From the NCBI GenBank assembly GCA_963709585.1, contig CAVPXI010000007.1, forward strand, positions 256,001-320,000: a stretch of DNA of 64,000 nt. The letters run 5' to 3'. Source of the stretch: Candidatus Dormiibacterota bacterium. Lineage in GTDB: Bacteria > Chloroflexota > Dormibacteria > Aeolococcales > Aeolococcaceae. The translations under genes were made by a program, and so were the position numbers. This document shows, in pieces, positions 10,603 to 21,500 of this stretch (position 1 is its first letter; every line of letters begins with the position of its first letter). The notes under the pieces were generated by a model. The model searched no databases, was not told the origin of the DNA, and was given only the letters and a program-made list of their open reading frames with translations.

Positions 10603-11805
10603 TCAAGCTAATCCGGCGCTGCCATGCGCCGGATCGAAGTCCTTGTCGCCGCGCCACACGCCCCAGACGATGGCGAGCGCCTTGCTCATGCAGTGACCAA
10701 GGGAGTTCATCGCTGACTTGCCCGCGGCCCGCTTGCGAGCGTAGTGGGCGCGGATGATCGGGTTGTGTTGCACGCCGACCACCGCCATCCGGTACGCCGC
10801 CGCACGCAGATACGAGTTGCCGGTCTTGGCCATGGTCCAGCTCGTCTCGGGGTTCGCACCCTTCTTCCCTGAACTCTGCTCCTTGGGATGCACGCCTGCG
10901 TAGGCGAGCAACTGGTCGACATCGCTGAAGCGCCAGATGTCGCCGATCTCGGCCATGAGTGTGGCCGCGGTGGACGGCCCGACACCGGGAATCGAGAGCA
11001 GCCGCTGCGACACCTCGCCGTCGAGCAGGGAGGCGACCCGGGTGTCCGCGCTGGCGATCTGCTGGTCGAGCAGGTCGTGCTGCGCAATCAGGAGGCGCAT
11101 CTCGAACCCGACCTGCTGCGCGAGTTCCGGCGCAGCCACCGAGGTCTGAGCCAGCTGCTTGAGCTGGCCGGCCTTGAGCGGTCCGATCGCACGGCCACCA
11201 CCGCCCGGACGCTTGAGCCGAGCCAGGCGGTCCTGGTGCATGCGCGCCACGGCCGCGGCGGTCGGCGCGTGGCGGAGCACCGCCAGGGCGCTCACGCAGG
11301 TCGGGTCGTCCCAGACCTCGCGCAGCTCAGGAAAGCCGATGTCCACCAACCGCTGGATGCGCTGGCAGACCTGGGCCTGCTCACGCACCAAACGCATCGC
11401 GAACCGCGCCGCCTCCTTGAGCTCGGCCCCCACCAGGGGCTCGCTGATCCGCGGCTGGTCGTGCGTTCCCAACGCCGCCAGTGTGCGCGCGTCGGCCGGG
11501 TCGCTCTTGCTCCGCTGCAGCCGGCTCTTGGCGAAGTACTTGGCCTGCAACGGGTTCACCACCGCCACCGGATACCCCTGGCGACGCAGGTGGCTGGCCA
11601 GGTTGAACCAGTAGTGGCCGCTCGATTCCATCACCACCACCTCGATCGGCGCTTCCTGCTTCGTCATCCACGCGTCCAGTTCGCCGAAGCCCTTGCGCTT
11701 GGTGGTGATGGTGAGCACCTTCCGATCCGCCTCGCGCTCACCCTGGCGACACACCGCCGCCGCGCACTTGTATGCCCCCACGTCGATCCCCACCGCCAGG
11801 CTCAT
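10603..11805 (-). CDS. IS110-family DEDD recombinase/transposase
   Basis: RuvC-like GIDVG / VVMESSG / KSDPADA; C-terminal IPGVG, AEIGD and QSSG serine motif; AGGAGG SD before ATG 11805. Confidence 0.95.
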   Translation of the reverse strand: MSLAVGIDVGAYKCAAAVCRQGEREADRKVLTITTKRKGFGELDAWMTKQEAPIEVVVMESSGHYWFNLASHLRRQGYPVAVVNPLQAKYFAKSRLQRSKSDPADARTLAALGTHDQPRISEPLVGAELKEAARFAMRLVREQAQVCQRIQRLVDIGFPELREVWDDPTCVSALAVLRHAPTAAAVARMHQDRLARLKRPGGGGRAIGPLKAGQLKQLAQTSVAAPELAQQVGFEMRLLIAQHDLLDQQIASADTRVASLLDGEVSQRLLSIPGVGPSTAATLMAEIGDIWRFSDVDQLLAYAGVHPKEQSSGKKGANPETSWTMAKTGNSYLRAAAYRMAVVGVQHNPIIRAHYARKRAAGKSAMNSLGHCMSKALAIVWGVWRGDKDFDPAHGSAGLA

Positions 11806-11837
11806 ACGCACCTCCTGTGTCGGGTTGCGACCCCAGG

Positions 11838-12016
11838 GGTCCTCGCCTTGCTTCGTCGCCGCGTGGGCTGATGCTCCATCACCGGTCACCGCCGTCGGAT
11901 CCCAATCACCGCTCGAAGACGAAGCACGAGGGCCGGTCACTAGCTCCATCGGTCCCGTCGCCGGATAGCTATGCGCCGGTCTCCCCGTCGAGGTCAGATT
12001 CCCCGCGATTCTGACC
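11838..12016 (-). ncRNA. putative IS110 bridge RNA
   Basis: Three predicted stem-loops: GGTCAGA/TCTGACC; CCGG..TAGCT/AGCTA..CCGG; CCTCG-TGCTTCGTC/GACGAAGCA-CGAGG. Loop segments match the element ends and the flank. Confidence 0.7.
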
Positions 12017-12035
12017 CTGCCAGGAGATATATCAG

Positions 12036-12779
12036 CTATCCGCTGAGCAGGAACTGTTCCGCTTCTCGATACTCGGGATTCTCGGCGACGTGGGTGCCGT
12101 GGGCGATGACCGGATGGGTCCGAAATGCGTCGGCGACGACGTCTGCGCTCAATGCTCTGGTGTCGTAGGGACACACGACTGACATTGGCGTCGAGGCGAA
12201 CGCAAGGTTGAACAACAACTCGTCAGCGAGTCCACGCGATGATCTCCGCGTCGGACCGACCTGCCCAGATGGGCTCCCCCAGGATGCGGACCCAAGATGC
12301 CCCGGCATCGATCTCCTGCTTCACCCATGCGCGATAGCGATCGAGGGCGGCGTTCGGCGAGGTCAGCCAGCCCACCGAGTCCGCGAAGACGACATGACCA
12401 GCGTCCGCCCCGAGTGAGACTCGCAGCAGCTCGATGTGCGCCGCGGACGTCACCGCAAGCGCAGGTTCGGAACGTTCGATTCCTTGGGCAAGGAACGGGA
12501 CGGCCATGGCCAGGAACTCGTCCTCCGACCTGTACGCGAGCACAAGGTGCTCAAGCAGCGGCGGCGAGATCGGCCGGCCCCGATCAGATAGTCGACGCTG
12601 ACGGACAACGCGGTCGCGAGGGCGGTGAGGCTGCTGAGCCGTACGTCCTGGCGCCTGCCCGATTCGATCTGCGCAATGGCCGTCCAGCTCATGCCCGCGT
12701 GGTATGCGAGCGCTTCGCGGCTCCATCCCAGGCGCACCCGAGACGCTCGCAGGGTTTCCCCGATTCGAGACGAAGTCAC
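12036..12779 (-). pseudogene. XRE HTH + MEDS sensory domain regulator, two frameshifts
   Basis: HTH (SREALAYHAGMSWTAIAQIESGRR) in one frame, MEDS (HLVLAYRSEDEF..VPFL..VRILGEPIW) in a second, FNLAFA..VVCPYD in a third. Confidence 0.75.
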
Positions 12780-12849
12780 ACGCGCCTCTTTAGGCCTCCG
12801 TAGCCGCGCATTTGTCCCGCCAAACTCGCCAACCCCGCCAGTATGTCAT

Positions 12850-13353
12850 ATGCGCGTGTCAGTTGACACCGACGCCTTAGCCCCCAATAATCTACACGTG
12901 GCCGTGGAGCGTCTTCGGGAAGGCTTGGATCTGGAGCCCTTGGGGGCGGAAGGGCGTGCGGGTCGCCGCCCCTTCCAGGAGTCTGGGTACGCGGCTTATC
13001 GCTCCTCGCCAACAGGCTCCGACCACGAGCAGCTTACGCAGCGTCCGAGCGACCGGGTTGCGGAGCTCGAGGCGCGCCTTCGGCGCATCGCTGCCGAGCT
13101 CAAAGCCGCAGGGGTGATAGACGGCATCGACACCCCTCCCCCTGCGACGGATTACCCCCAGCTCGACGAGCTCAGCAGCCGGCAGCGAGAGATCCTTATC
13201 CGCCTCCTCAACGCCCAACGCGTGTCGGTCATTGCTGCGGAGCTCTACGTCAGCCCGAGCACGGTGCGCAACCACCTGGTGACGATCTTCACCAAGTTCG
13301 GCGTGCACTCGCAGGTGGAGTTGCTCGCCGCCCTCCGCCGTCACCAGCGTTAG
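12850..13353 (+). CDS. LuxR C-terminal HTH transcriptional regulator
   Basis: LSSRQREIL..IAAELYVSPSTVRNHL..IFTKFGVHSQVEL. Start uncertain. Confidence 0.8.
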   Translation: MRVSVDTDALAPNNLHVAVERLREGLDLEPLGAEGRAGRRPFQESGYAAYRSSPTGSDHEQLTQRPSDRVAELEARLRRIAAELKAAGVIDGIDTPPPATDYPQLDELSSRQREILIRLLNAQRVSVIAAELYVSPSTVRNHLVTIFTKFGVHSQVELLAALRRHQR

Positions 13354-13389
13354 CTCTGTTCAGGTCATCGCGGGACGGGGAGAATCGAT

Positions 13390-13435
13390 TGGCTGGGGAG
13401 GGAGGATTCGAACCTCCGATTGGCTGATCCAGAAT
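13390..13435 (-). other. 3' half of tRNA-Gln(CTG), att-site-like remnant
   Basis: Minus strand TTCTGGATCAGCCAATCGGAGGTTCGAATCCTCCCTCCCCAGCCA gives an anticodon loop, T-arm and CCA. No D-arm or 5' half upstream. Confidence 0.75.
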
Positions 13436-13857
13436 TACTCGTTCCAGGTTGCACCTCCAAAACTCGCTCCGTGGGCCTCGACAACATCATCTAACCTTAC
13501 TCATCACGTGCTGTGCATCGACTAATCGGGTGCGGGGGGTCGATTTGGAGTGACTAATCAAGTGCAGCGCAACGCCCGAAAATCGCTCGAAATTTAGGAC
13601 CTGATGATACAAAATTAGCCGCTCCTCAACACGCCGCAAAAAACCCCGAGTCCAAGCTCCCGGATGTCGCCGGTGCATCTGTTCTAGCCATGCTTGTCGT
13701 GAACTTGCCTGCCGGGTAGGTTGGAGCGCCGGTCATCGCCGCGCACCCGCTGCTGATCGGGCGGATCGCTTCAGGCGTCCGCTGTGACCCCGGTCGCGAT
13801 GACGGTGGCGCTACAACTCCAACGTCGACGCCGGCGCTCTCTGGACGCTCGGCAACT

Positions 13858-14193
13858 CTAGGCTGTGATGTCGCGGTACCAGAAGCTCGCGCCAGCGACG
13901 ACCGACATCCCGACGGCGTAGAGACCCGCCATGATCAGCGCAGTTGTGTAGGACACGCTCGAGCCTGCCTCATTGAACACGCTCGCCTGACCGCCAGTCA
14001 GGACCACCGACAGGATCCGCCCCGGGAGGTATTGACCGACGGTCGGCTCGACCTGGTTGACCAGGCCTTCGATCACCAGCAACCATGCGATCGCGGCGCC
14101 AACCGCGCCCGCAGGATTGCGGACCAGCACGGCGACCAATGTGCCGAAGATCGTCCACCCAATGACCGCAAGCAGGTGGGATACGACCGGCAC
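13858..14193 (-). pseudogene. C-terminal fragment of ABC-2 type permease
   Basis: GTLVAVLVRNPAGAVG..YLPG..FWYRDIT end motif; the N-terminal half is missing. Confidence 0.65.
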
Positions 14194-14227
14194 TACCGCC
14201 TACCTTGAATTCCTCGGCAACCTCGTG

Positions 14228-14768
14228 CATCGAGCGTCCGACTTCGTTGGGCGCTTCAATCTCGTCAGCCTCGATGCGGTCGAGGCGATATCCCAAACGC
14301 GCAGGCACTGCAGCACTCCGTACATTTGCCTCGTCGCAGTGGATCTCCACACGTATGACTTCCATCCAAGCCGAGGGCGGTGTCTGTCAGAAGCCGGGCC
14401 GTCTCGGTGACGAGGCCGCGTCGTACAAAACGTACGTCGATCCAATACCCTACTTCAAACCCGCTCTCGCCGACACGTGGATGGAGGCCACATCCGCCTA
14501 CAAACGTCCCGCTGTGTCGCATCGTGATCGCATAGTTGGCAGAGGAATCATCACCATAATCACTCGCCGCAAACGTAACAAAGTCACGCACTGACTCTTC
14601 GGTCGGCGGCGACTGAGCCCATTGCATCCACCCCCGCAAATGGTCAAAGCTGGCCTGGAGGGCGGCCAGCACCACGGGGGTGTCGTCGGGATAGCGGTAT
14701 CTGCGCAATACGACTCTTGACCCGGCGATCTCCTCGGGCGGGCGATGTATGCGCACGCCAACGATCAT
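14228..14768 (-). pseudogene. RimJ/RimL-type GNAT acetyltransferase, frameshifted and 3'-truncated
   Basis: ASFDHLRGWMQWA, EVGYWI..RRG, then a frame change to RVEIHCDEANVRSAAVPARLGY. Confidence 0.75.
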
Positions 14769-15043
14769 ATGCGGACGACGCTCAATCCAAACCCGAACGC
14801 TCCCACGCGATCGCTCTCAGCGTGGACGCCACTTGCGTGCGTCCACGGGGACCCTGAAACCGGTAACCGCTCTGGAGCGCGCCCGCGGAAGGCTGCCGTG
14901 CGCAGAGCGATGGGTGCGGGGCTCGCTTCAAGATTCGAGCTTCGTTCCGCTGTCGGGAACGCGGCCGAGCGCAAGGCCATGAATCATGGATGCTATGCGC
15001 GCCGCGACGAACGCCAATTAGTGTCGCTGACGGGAGTAACGGC

Positions 15044-16297
15044 TCAGGCAGTGGCGACCACGATGGCGCTGGTGACCTTGGGCCTCCGGGGCGACGTTGC
15101 GGCGATCAGCAGCATGGCCCCGACACCCGCCGTTGTCTCGATCGACCCGCTCCACGGCACCCCCAACCCCGAAAGGACCAGGATCGTCACGCTGCCGGTC
15201 ACCATCCCGGCGAAGAGACACAAATAGACGAGCCCATTCACCCGACCGAGCAGCTCAGGCGCCGAGTGGCGCTGCATCGCGATATTGCCCCACACCTCCG
15301 AGACCTCAGCGGCGACGCCAGATGCGAGCAGGGCGGCGGCGCAGGCGAGAAGCATCGGGCTGAAGGGGAGTAGCGCGAGACTCGCCAGCTCGGCCAATCC
15401 CAACCCCAGCAGTGCGCGTCCAGTCAGGCGAGGGCGGAGCTTGAGACTAAGCGCCCCGCCGATGAGTCCACCGGCGCCGACGGCTGCGTAGAGCCAACCG
15501 ACCGAGCTCGTCGCACCGAAGTGCCCGGCCACGCCAACCAGCACCGCCGAGGTCACTGTGACGACCCCGCCGTTCACGAAGCTGAGCACAGCGAGACTGC
15601 GAAGCGTGCTGTCCCGAAACACGGGCCGCACAGCGGCAAACGGCGACGGCAGGCTGTGGTCAGGAGCACCACCCGTGCGACGGCCAGGCAGCGAGAAAAG
15701 CAGAGCTGCGGCGACTGCGAAGCTGGCGACGTCGACCCAGATGAGAGTTACCGGGGACATGATGGCAAGGGCAAGCGCTCCGAGGGCAGGACCAACGAGC
15801 ATGGCGCTGCTGTTGCCGATGCTGCGCAGCGAATTGACCCGGCTGAGGTGTTCCGGGCGCGCCACCAAGGGCACCAAGGCGCCCTCACACGGCGCCGACA
15901 ACGCGCCGGCTGCCTGGCCGAACCCGACTGCAATGCAGATGCCGACCACGGTGTCCTCCTGGGCGGCGACGATGATCGCCGCGGTGGCCACTCCCTGAAC
16001 TGCGTAGCCGAGGGCGGCGACGCGGGCCGGTCCGAAGCGGTCGGCGAGCGACCCCCCTAAGGTTGTTCCGAGGAGCCGAGGCGCCACGCGGGCGAACATG
16101 TAGGCGGCGGGTCCGGCGGGGCTCTGCGTAAGCCGATAGACGACCATCATGACGGCGACCGTGGTCAGCCAGTTCCCGGACTGGGAGAGAACGACCGCGG
16201 TAAGAAATCGACCAGCCGGTCCAGTGGGGTCCGAACGCCGAGCCGACACACCGGTCTCGATGCGGCTCGGCTCGGCCTGAGGCTTCGGTGCGGTCAT
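15044..16297 (-). CDS. MFS transporter (DHA3/MefA-like exporter)
   Basis: About 12 hydrophobic segments, GGSLADRFG motif A, VGPALG, LLGRVNG. Confidence 0.88.
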   Translation of the reverse strand: MTAPKPQAEPSRIETGVSARRSDPTGPAGRFLTAVVLSQSGNWLTTVAVMMVVYRLTQSPAGPAAYMFARVAPRLLGTTLGGSLADRFGPARVAALGYAVQGVATAAIIVAAQEDTVVGICIAVGFGQAAGALSAPCEGALVPLVARPEHLSRVNSLRSIGNSSAMLVGPALGALALAIMSPVTLIWVDVASFAVAAALLFSLPGRRTGGAPDHSLPSPFAAVRPVFRDSTLRSLAVLSFVNGGVVTVTSAVLVGVAGHFGATSSVGWLYAAVGAGGLIGGALSLKLRPRLTGRALLGLGLAELASLALLPFSPMLLACAAALLASGVAAEVSEVWGNIAMQRHSAPELLGRVNGLVYLCLFAGMVTGSVTILVLSGLGVPWSGSIETTAGVGAMLLIAATSPRRPKVTSAIVVATA

Positions 16298-16366
16298 GGA
16301 TCTCTTGCTCCCTAATGAAGAGGGGAGGGAGCCCCGACACGCCGCCGGAACTCCGTCCGCACTGGT

Positions 16367-16543
16367 CTACCAATGGTTGTTGTGGCTGAACCAATGGCAT
16401 GTGTCACCGTCGCCGTCGCTGTGCCGCCACCCGCCCACGCTGGTGTCGCTATAGGTCCAGTGGCCGTTGTCGCCGTCGCTGTGGCCCCAGCGGCCGGTGT
16501 CGCTGACCGTGGCGCTGTGGCACCAATGTCCGTTGTCGCTCAT
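16367..16543 (-). CDS. 58-aa His/Trp/Asp/Gly-rich repeat peptide
   Basis: Manual translation: MSDNGHWCHSATVSDTGRWGHSDGDNGHWTYSDTSVGGWRHSDGDGDTCHWFSHNNHW*. GGAG SD 7 nt upstream of the ATG. Below the ORF-track size cut-off. Confidence 0.7.
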   Translation of the reverse strand: MSDNGHWCHSATVSDTGRWGHSDGDNGHWTYSDTSVGGWRHSDGDGDTCHWFSHNNHW

Positions 16544-16741
16544 CGTTGATCTCCGGCGAGGGTCCGTCTCCTCGAGGCGGTCCGACCCTCATCAGGTACG
16601 GCGCCAGAAGTCCTCTCGCGTTGTCAAAAACAGTCTGGCGACTTCCTTCTGCGAGCGGACAGCTGTCAAGGCTTGGGCGACTGGGACGTCACTCAGCACT
16701 GCGTTGATGGGACCCGTAGGTCATGTTGGTGTGCCGCTGCT

Positions 16742-18138
16742 GGTCAAGTCCCGCGTAGTGGTGTGAATTCGGTGGAGTTCTCACAACGTCGTTGAACTAC
16801 GCGACGAGTCCCTCCGTGAGCGGGTTGGTGAGCAAAGGCGGACCGTCGGGGTGCATCACACGAGCCATCGACTGCTGACTGAAGTGGCGACGTCCGTCCT
16901 GCCATTCGTCGTGCTGGTCCTGGAGCACCGCGGTGAACAGACGGAGCAGTGAGGCCGTGTTGGGGAAGATGCCCACCACCTTGGCGCGGCGGTCGAGCTC
17001 AGCGTTGACCCGCTCGATGGCGTTGGTCGACGAGATCGAGCGCCAGTGGTCGACCGGAAAATCCAGGTAGGCGAGCACATCGGCCTCCGCAGCGCGGAGC
17101 TTGGCTGCCACCGTAGGGAAGCGTGGCTCGAGCACGTTGAGCGCATGCTGCACGGCGTCACGAGCGGTCTCGCGAGTTGGCTGCAGGAAGATTGACTTCA
17201 CCACCGCGAGCACCGCCGGAGCGTGCAGCTTGGGCACGGCGCTCGCCACGTTGCGCAGGAAGTGCACCTTGCAGCGCTGCCAGGTGGCGCCTGCGAACAC
17301 CTGGGATAAGGCGCTGCGCAGTCCCTCATGGGCGTCGGAGATGACCAGCTGCACGCCGCTCAGCCCGCGCCGGGCCAGGCTGCGGCAGAACTCCAGCCAG
17401 AAGGCCTCGGTCTCGCTGGCGCCGATGGCCAGGCCGAGCACGCTCTTCTCGCCGGTCTCACGCACTCCCACAGCGACGACCGCGGCCTGGCTCACGATCC
17501 GAGCGCCCTGACGCACCTTCTCGTAGGTGGCGTCGAACCAGACGTACGGGTACGGCTCATCGAGGGGGCGCTCGCGGAACTCGGCGAGCTCCTCGTCGAG
17601 CAGCGCGCAGATCCGGCTCACCTCGCTGCGACTGATGCTGCAGCCTCCCAGCGCGGCCATGAGGCCGTCGACCTTGCGGGTGCTGATGCCGAGCACATAC
17701 GCCTCCTGAACCACCGCGAGCAGGGCGCGATCAATGCGCCGCCGCGGCTCGAGCAAGGTCGGGAAGAAGCTTCCAGAACGCAGCTTGGGGATCTGCAGCT
17801 CGAGGCGCCCCGAGCCGGTGTCGAGGATCCGCTCCCGGTAGCCGTTGCGGTACGTGGTCCGGTTCGCCGCTCGCTCGTGCGGGCCGGCGCCGATCTGGGT
17901 GGCCGCCTCGGCTTCGATCAAGCGCTGCATCGCATGTTCGAGGACGCGTCGCAAGACGTCCGTGTCTGCGCCTTGGAGTTGCTCGAGCAGTGCCGGGGGC
18001 ATCATCCTGTTCTGGGCCATCGTGGGTCTCCTGGTTTGGGTAAGAGCTTCCAAGAGAACTCCGCGGTGGCCTTCTTTGTCTACCTCGTCGGCAGCGCTGG
18101 GGTCACCCCGGATTTACACCACACTACGGGACATCACT
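16742..18138 (-). mobile_element. IS256-family insertion sequence
   Basis: Imperfect terminal IRs GTCCCG-N4-GTGGTGT(G/A)AAT at both ends flank the transposase. No intact target-site duplication seen. Confidence 0.85.
16797..18021 (-). CDS. IS256-family transposase
   Basis: RNGYR, IPKLRSG, WFDATY, ISDAHEGL, WQRCKVHF and STNAIE motifs. Confidence 0.95.
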
Positions 18139-18337
18139 ATCTCTGGTCGGAGTAAGACCTCTGGGCAGAGGAAGATCCCAGATCGGGTATCCGCGTGGAG
18201 TGCCTCCACCGGAGCTACGATCACCTCTCAAATGGCAGGGGATGGTCAGTTGGTCTCGGGGGTCAGGAACTCGGCTCTGAATGCCGGAGCATGTGGACTC
18301 GGGTTAGACCCGGTATAGGGAACTTAACGGCCTCACC

Positions 18338-18500
18338 ATGACCACTGCATTAGTCGCTTCGTCTGATCTCAATCAGTGGACCAACCTCCCGATTCAGCTA
18401 ACCCGTTTCGTCGGCCGCAGAGCCGACGAGATTGAGGAGGTGCAGACCTCCCTACCGGAGGCTCATATAGTCATGCTCACCGGAGCCCGTCGGGATTGCC
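18338..18500 (+). pseudogene. remnant of ATPase/LuxR-type regulator N-terminus
   Basis: NLPIQLTRFVGR...IVMLTG resembles the NLP..LTSFVGR..LVTLTG start of such ATPases, then degenerates. Confidence 0.45.
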
Positions 18501-18594
18501 AATTCCCGCGGGAGATGAGCATGCCCGTTCAGGCGCCAACTCGCGGCACACCACGGAGAGCCAACCTCGAGGCGCCGCAGGGTTTGGCAATTTC

Positions 18595-21500
18595 ATGAGT
18601 GACGAAGGGCTGCAGCTGGGCCTTGAGGGTTTTGCTCACGCCAGCGAGCTAGGTCGTGGCGGCTTCGGGGTCGTGTACAAGGCCTGGGAAACAGCGCTCC
18701 GACGGTGGGTTGCCATCAAAGTCCTGGACATCGGCCGTCTCAACGGATCGGCCCGCGAGCGCTTCACCCATGAGCTGCAGGCAGCGGCCCGGGTGTCAAC
18801 CCACCCCAACATCGTCACCATCTATGGGCAAGGCTTCGATGTTGCGGAGCGCCCTTGCATCATCATGGAGTGGATGGCAAAGGGGGCTCTGCAGAGCCCT
18901 GAGGTCGCAGCTCATCCCTGGCCATGGCAGCGCGCGGCCGAGACCGGCGTCAAGCTGTGCGGAGCATTGCAGGCGGTGCATCGGAGCGGCATCGTGCATC
19001 AGGACGTCAAGCCTGAAAACGTGTTCCTCTCAGAATATGACGAACCCGCCATTGGAGACTTCGGTGCTTCCGTGATCCAAAGCGTGCGGTCCACAGACTA
19101 TGCCCACCGCTATCTGACCATTGCTCACGCCGCTCCTGAACTGCTCAGCGGGGCTGACCCTGATCCCCGCATGGACATCTATGCGTTGGCCTCGAGTTTG
19201 GTGGCTTTGCTCCGCGGGTTTCCCCCTTTCTCGAATGCGTCTGGCGACACACCGGCCCTGATCATCGAGCGCATTCGGAATTCAGAGCCGCCTGACTTGC
19301 GGCCGCTAGGTGTTCCTGATCCATTGTGCACCACGCTAGAGCGAGCCTTAGCAAAAAATCCCGGAAACCGTCCGCAGACTGCGGGAGAGTTTGGCGAGGC
19401 CCTCCGGAGTGCTCAGCAGGCGGTTGGATTGTCGCCGACGCCAATAGTGGTCTCCAATCTCCCACTGGAGGCACACACCGCACCCAAAACGACAACCTAC
19501 GAAATGATTAGGCGGCACTCGTTGGATTCTTCGCCGCGTGCGGCGAAACCCATTGCCACCACGCCTGCCGCTCGCGAGGAGCGCAAGGTGATCACGGTTT
19601 TGTGCGCCGAACTGGGCCGATTCAGGGCTGGCGACGCGCTGGATCCTGAGGATATGCGAGCGCTACTCGCTCCAGCCTTGGCGCGGCTGCGGGTTGACCT
19701 TGAGCGCTTCGGAGGCACCGTCGCGAGCGTAGTCGGTGACTCGGTCATGGCCCTCTTCGGCGTGCCGATCTCGCATGAGGACGACCCTGAGCGGGCAGTG
19801 CGGGCAGCGCTGGCGATTCGCGAATGGGTGCTCGAGGATGACGTACTCCAACTGATCATTGCCATTAATACCGACGAGGCATTGGTCAGCTTTAGCCCCG
19901 GCTCCACCGATCGTGAGGCGGTGGCAGAAGGCGAAGTGATCACAGCGACCGCTCGCCTTCAGGCAGCGGCGCCGGACAACCACGTCCTGGTCGGCGAGAC
20001 GACGTATCGGGCGACATCACAGGTCATCACATACGGAGGCGTTGGGTCTCTCGCCGTCAAGGGCAAAGCTGAGCCGCTGCGGGTGTGGGAGCCACTCGGG
20101 GCGCGCTCTCGATTCGGCGTCGACCTTACGTCCGCGCTCCGCTCGCCGCTCGTCGGTCGAACTCATGAGCTGGGTGTTCTCGCGGACGCGCTCGAGCGGG
20201 TGCGACTTGAATGCTCCCCACGGCTCATCACTCTTGTTGGCGTTCCAGGAATCGGAAAGAGCCGCATGGTGGCTGAACTCTTCCGCACGATCGATGACAA
20301 CCCGAACGAAATCGTGTACTGGCGGCAGGGGCGCTCACTGCCGTACGGCGACGGGGTCACATTTTGGGCTCTTGGGGAAATGGTGAAGGCCCAGACGGGG
20401 ATCCTGGAGACGGACTCACAAGATGCGGCTGAGGACAAGCTGCGGACATCGGTTGCTGAGCTCATCCATGATGTGACAGACGCGCCGTGGGTCGAGGGCC
20501 ACCTGCGCCCTCTTGTCGGGCTCGGGAGTGGTGCGGCGGTCGGCAGCGATCGTCGGGACGAGGCTTTTGCGGCATGGCGACGCTTCTTTGAGAGGTTGGC
20601 CGAACTCAGGCCACTTGTGCTCGTCTTCGAGGATCTCCACTGGGCGGACGACAACCTTCTCGATTTCGTCGAATACCTCGTTGAATGGACCATCGGCGTG
20701 CCTATCCTCATCGTCTGCACGGCCCGCCCCGAGTTGTTCGAGCGAAGGGAAACATGGGCCGGAGGCACGCGGCACGCCACCACGCTCTCGCTCTCGCCCC
20801 TTTCGGACGAGGAGACGGCGCGACTGATCAGCAACCTCAGCGAGCGACCGGTGATGGCAGCCGCCACACAGCGGGCGCTCCTGAGCCGCGCCGGTGGCAA
20901 CCCGCTTTACGCCGAGCAGTACATCCGCATGCTCGCCGAACGCGGGGAAGCCGAGGAGTTTTCGCTGCCGGAGACGGTGCAGGGCATCATCTCGGCTCGG
21001 CTCGACGCCCTGCCCGCTGAGGAGAAGGCCCTACTGCAATCTGCGGCGGTTATCGGGAAGGTCTTCTGGCTAGGCGCGGTAGCGCGGGCGAGCGGAATGG
21101 ACCGCCGGGCTGCGGAGTTGCTTCTCCATGCCTTGGAGCGGAAGGACTTCCTCCAGAGAGCGCGCCGCTCGTCGGTAGCAGACGAGGCGGAGTACACATT
21201 TCTCCACGTCCTAGTCCGCGATGTCGCCTATGGACGGATTCCCCGCGGCGCTCGCGCCGAGGAGCATCGCCTGGCTGCCGAATGGATCGGGTCGTTGGGT
21301 CGGGCCGAAGACCACGCAGAGATGCTCGCACACCACTACCTCAGTGCCATCGAACTGTGGCGAGCGGCCTCGCAACCCATCGATCCCGTTGTCGGCGAGC
21401 AGGCCCTGGCGAGTGTGTCTGAATCTGGCGATCGCGCGATGTCGCTAAGCGCCTATTCAAGCGCAGTCGGCTTCTACCAGTCCGCGTTGGAGCTTGCAGC

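Larger units (their letters stand above)
10580..12038 (-). mobile_element. IS110-family insertion sequence
   Basis: IS110 recombinase gene with a ~230-bp upstream non-coding end. No terminal inverted repeats. Identical hexamer CAGCTA at 10580-10585 and 12033-12038. TTGACA (minus strand) overlaps the gene stop. Confidence 0.85.

Noticed and set aside
10595-10606. Canonical junction promoter formed on IS110 circularisation
   Set aside because: TTGACA is present, but the predicted circle gives no good TAnnnT at 16-18 bp spacing, so it was not called.
11806-12174. N-terminal extension of the IS110 ORF to 523 aa
   Set aside because: Covers the structured non-coding end and the flanking gene; a strong SD supports ATG 11805.
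16733-18147. IS256 target-site duplication
   Set aside because: The flanks (GCCGCTGCT versus ATCTCTGGT) do not match.
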